Below, in pieces: positions 62,392 to 64,000 of a stretch of 64,000 nucleotides of DNA (its first letter is position 1; each line of letters starts with the position of its first letter). The notes under the pieces were generated by a model. It had not been told where the DNA came from and ran no database searches. It saw only the letters and a list, made by a program, of their open reading frames with translations. The translations under genes were made by a program, and so were the position numbers. The stretch lies in the sequence record KY555144.1. One strand, given 5' to 3'.

Positions 62392-63039
62392 TCAGGCGGA
62401 ACGGAGGGGGACGACAGGCTGATCACCTCGGAGATAGAGGGGATGGCGCGGGTGGCCGTCCTTGGACTTCCCGAGGCACTTGACCTCGACCCCGGTGATT
62501 TCCGCCTGTTGGACCGCGCCATAATCCTGATCCTTGAACTCTCCATGCACGCCCCAGGCGGCGATCACGTCGGCGCCGGCGGTCATGGCATATTCGAACA
62601 CGTGCTGGAGGACGCGGGCGTTCATCGGCCCGATCGGGTCCTCGGCGGCCTTCATCTCCGCCGGCGAGGGCGAGCGGAAGGCGAAGAGATTGGCGACGAT
62701 GATCCCGCCATAGTCGTCCCGACGCGCGAAGCCCATGCAGCGGCGGATCGTCGGATCGTCCAGCCGCGCCGTCGCGGTCGACGGGTTCAGCATCAGGAAG
62801 ATCAGCAGCGGCTTGCCAGGGTCCCAGACCCGCATGAGGAGATAGCGGAAGGTCTCGCACCGCGACAGCAGGGCGGCCTTGATCACGCCATCCTCCACCA
62901 CCGCGTCGCCGTAGACATCGGTCAGGTCGGGATCGAACACGGCCTCCAGCGAGGTTCCGTCCAGGACCTGGAGCAGGCCCTTCCAGGTGGCTTCCACCGC
63001 CTCGGCGGTGATCTGGGGTGCTGTCGTCATTCCTGACAT
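62392..63039 (-). CDS. DUF1643 family protein
   Basis: RYLLMRVWD, MLNPSTA...DDPTIRRC, NLFAFR, AWG, CLG...GHPRHPLY. Confidence 0.88.
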   Translation of the reverse strand: MSGMTTAPQITAEAVEATWKGLLQVLDGTSLEAVFDPDLTDVYGDAVVEDGVIKAALLSRCETFRYLLMRVWDPGKPLLIFLMLNPSTATARLDDPTIRRCMGFARRDDYGGIIVANLFAFRSPSPAEMKAAEDPIGPMNARVLQHVFEYAMTAGADVIAAWGVHGEFKDQDYGAVQQAEITGVEVKCLGKSKDGHPRHPLYLRGDQPVVPLRSA

Positions 63040-63077
63040 TTGCCTTGAAACGCCGGGGCCTGTCAACGCTTGAAATC

Positions 63078-63107
63078 AAAAGGGCCGCCCCAGCGGGACG
63101 GCCCTTT
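63078..63107. terminator. Intrinsic terminator
   Basis: AAAA-GGGCCG...CGGCCC-TTT. Confidence 0.75.
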
Positions 63108-63328
63108 CTCGATCTTGTCGAACTTCGCCGATCCGAAACCGGGGCTTCCCGGCGACCGCCTCGGAGTTCGACCTTGTAGCGCCTCTAACGCTTGCCCCGC
63201 GTCGCGGCTTGGGAGCACCGAGCCTTGACGCTGATCTAGTGGGCGGCAGGTGATCGCGGCGGTCATTGCCTCCTTCAAGGGCGAGGCCCTCTCATGCCCG
63301 CGCAGCTTAGGCGGCGGCGCGGATCACG

Positions 63329-63640
63329 TCAATCCCCCGGATAGCTGGCGCAGACCTCGCGCAGGATAGAGCGCAGCGGCTCGCCCGGCACCGCCAGGGG
63401 CTTGAGCTTGCGGCTCTCGTCCCAGGCCATGGCGTTGGCGTGCAGAAGCCAGAGCACGAAGGCGCGCAGGTCCTTGACCCCGTCGGGCAGCGGGATGCCG
63501 CGCGCGGTGGGGACGTGGAAGACCCGCCCATCATCCGTGTACGCGAGAACCTCGTCGAGCACCGTGGCCCGCTTCTTAGCTTCGGCGAGGACAGCGACAC
63601 CCTTCTGGAACTCACTGACCTGGATGAGCGCCCGGCGCTC
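63329..63640 (-). CDS. Hypothetical protein (~100 aa, start uncertain)
   Basis: Protein-like 3' part of ORF 63329..63712. Confidence 0.45.
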   Translation of the reverse strand, partial: ERRALIQVSEFQKGVAVLAEAKKRATVLDEVLAYTDDGRVFHVPTARGIPLPDGVKDLRAFVLWLLHANAMAWDESRKLKPLAVPGEPLRSILREVCASYPGD

Positions 63641-63641
63641 C

Positions 63642-63905
63642 TTAGGGAAGTGGGTCTTGGTCCACCAGGAGGGCTTGCTGTTTGAGGACACGGTTACGCT
63701 CCAGGAGGGCACGCAGCGAGGGGATGTCGCCGTCCGCCATCTGGTAGAGGCGGACGAACTCGTCGTAGTCGTACTCGTTGATGAGGTCCCGCATCGCCTG
63801 CGGGAGCTTGTCGATGGTCTTGAAGAGCCGGCGCCTATAGCGCTGGGCCTCCATGCGCCGGCGGATGGCGGCGTGGCGCGTCTTGGCCGCCCGAACGCGC
63901 CGCAT
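63642..63905 (-). CDS. Hypothetical basic protein (87 aa)
   Basis: ATG overlaps the TGA of a partial upstream gene at the window edge. Confidence 0.55.
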   Translation of the reverse strand: MRRVRAAKTRHAAIRRRMEAQRYRRRLFKTIDKLPQAMRDLINEYDYDEFVRLYQMADGDIPSLRALLERNRVLKQQALLVDQDPLP

Positions 63906-64000
63906 CAGGCCGCCGGGGCGATCCAGTCCTCGCGGTCGTCGGCGTAGAGCACCGCCGCCAGCTTCCCCGTGCCGATGTCGCACTTGGCCGCCGCCTCGAC

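Overview
A GC-rich phage segment whose gene content and order fit a large lytic Caulobacter phiCbK-like siphophage (inferred from protein motifs, no database search). 1-17.8 kb (+) holds a GTA-like tail module (tape measure with a TIGR02594-type hydrolase domain, DUF2460, hub, NlpC/P60, megatron-like protein, two paralogous fibres) and a lysis cassette. 18.2-39.0 kb (-) holds an XRE regulator, nucleotide metabolism (dUTPase, NrdB-glutaredoxin fusion, intein-containing NrdA, ThyX, dNMP kinase) and replication genes (RecD-like helicase, SSB-like protein, Cas4-like nuclease, DnaQ-like exonuclease, family A polymerase, two DNA methyltransferases). 42-64 kb holds an SNF2 helicase, rIIA/rIIB, a tyrosine recombinase, a primase-helicase, YqeY, DNA ligase and accessory genes. 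The standout is a ~3.1 kb island at 39.05-42.18 kb with no credible protein ORF, densely packed with RNA genes: an unclassified ~630-nt structured RNA, tRNA-Cys with a long variable arm, a 6S-like RNA, a GOLLD-like ~870-nt RNA with an embedded tRNA-Lys-like domain, a two-piece permuted tmRNA, tRNA-Met, a ~270-nt structured domain joined to an apparently circularly permuted tRNA, and a CAU tRNA with a long variable arm. A recurring promoter motif (TGTCRTGAATCTTGAC, containing a CcrM GANTC site) often sits beside CtrA-like TTAACCAT half-sites. RNA family assignments rest on hand-folding and recalled consensus motifs and need covariance-model confirmation.
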